DNA from: an uncultured Clostridia bacterium
GTDB taxonomy: Bacteria; Bacillota_I; Bacilli_A; RF39; UBA660
Assembly: GCA_946409545.1 (NCBI GenBank)
Contig: CAMJWT010000009.1
Location: 4,194-68,193 of the forward strand
Length of the DNA: 64,000 nucleotides
Direction of reading: 5' to 3'
Each line of letters opens with the position of its first letter. The stretch's first letter is position 1. This document shows, piece by piece, positions 63,753-64,000 of the stretch. The position numbers and the translations under genes are program-made. The notes under the pieces are model-generated. The model had not been told where the DNA came from, made no database searches, and saw only the letters and a list, made by a program, of their open reading frames with translations.

Positions 63753-64000
63753 ATGAAAAAGATATTATATTGTTTATTAACACTACTCCTATTCTTCTCT
63801 TTTAATGTTAATGCAAGTACAAATACATATGAAAGAACTGAAGAAAATAATTATGGAGTAAAAAAAGAAACAGATTATCATAATAGATTAAATTCAATCA
63901 TGAAAACAAAATATGTTGATGCATCTGAAAAAATATATGACTTCTCTGATATCTTAACAGAAAGTGAAGAACAAGAATTAAAGCTTTTAATTGATGCATA
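63753..64000 (+). CDS. TPM-domain-like secreted protein (5' partial, continues beyond window)
   Basis: An ATG at 63753 follows AGGAGG. A signal peptide MKKILYCLLTLLLFFSFNVNA is followed by YDFSDILTESEEQELKLLIDA, which is characteristic of the TPM/TLP18.3 N-terminus. Confidence 0.4.
   Translation, partial: MKKILYCLLTLLLFFSFNVNASTNTYERTEENNYGVKKETDYHNRLNSIMKTKYVDASEKIYDFSDILTESEEQELKLLIDA

Noticed and set aside
1-64000. Mobile elements, prophage, rRNA/tRNA genes and alternative (TGA=Trp) genetic code
   Set aside because: No transposase, integrase or phage structural genes were seen. No GC-rich tRNA-like or rRNA-like stretches were seen; the only GC-rich islands are the S10 and proS leaders. 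Conserved Trp positions, for example in ponA (VWMGYD), use TGG, and all conserved proteins are full-length under the standard code.

Overview
This 64 kb window is chromosomal DNA from a low-GC (about 27-30% GC) Gram-positive Bacillota-type bacterium. Lineage markers are RecU plus class A PBP1A, an archaeal-type ProRS, Zn-type S14 and no L30 gene, which fits an Erysipelotrichia-like or Bacilli-like organism; that placement is inference only. Conserved Trp residues use TGG, so the standard code applies. About 58 of 69 genes lie on the minus strand.

Housekeeping content:
- An fmt / membrane protein / polA operon (1.5-5.7 kb), followed by four small ORFs (58-1520) that end in a TadE-like protein.
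- A complete, contiguous S10-spc-alpha ribosomal supercluster (28.2-42.1 kb, rpsJ through rplQ, including secY, adk, map, infA, rpmJ and rpoA). It has its own sigma-A-like promoter and leader and a terminator hairpin at the rplQ end.
- ispH, a membrane-anchored cyclophilin, a LysM protein, a NUDIX hydrolase and a metallophosphoesterase.
- proS (with a T-box-like leader), hisS and rny.
- recU-ponA.

Accessory content is unusually rich in paralogous cell-surface proteins:
- A tandem array of five independently terminated genes (5.7-18.3 kb) for signal-anchored proteins built from Big_2 (bacterial Ig-like) repeat stalks. Three carry a C-terminal phosphodiester-glycosidase-like domain, one carries an NlpC/P60 peptidase and one carries nothing.
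- A Big_2 lipoprotein with an SGNH esterase domain (26.4-28.2 kb).
- A trio of type I membrane proteins with SH3b and cadherin-like domains (20.5-24.6 kb) whose 5' and 3' ends are near-identical at nucleotide level.
- A 1393-aa giant surface protein (46.2-50.3 kb) carrying a novel Cys-rich repeat pair.

Several of these genes contain near-identical internal tandem repeats of about 260 bp. No rRNA, tRNA, CRISPR, transposase or prophage genes were seen.
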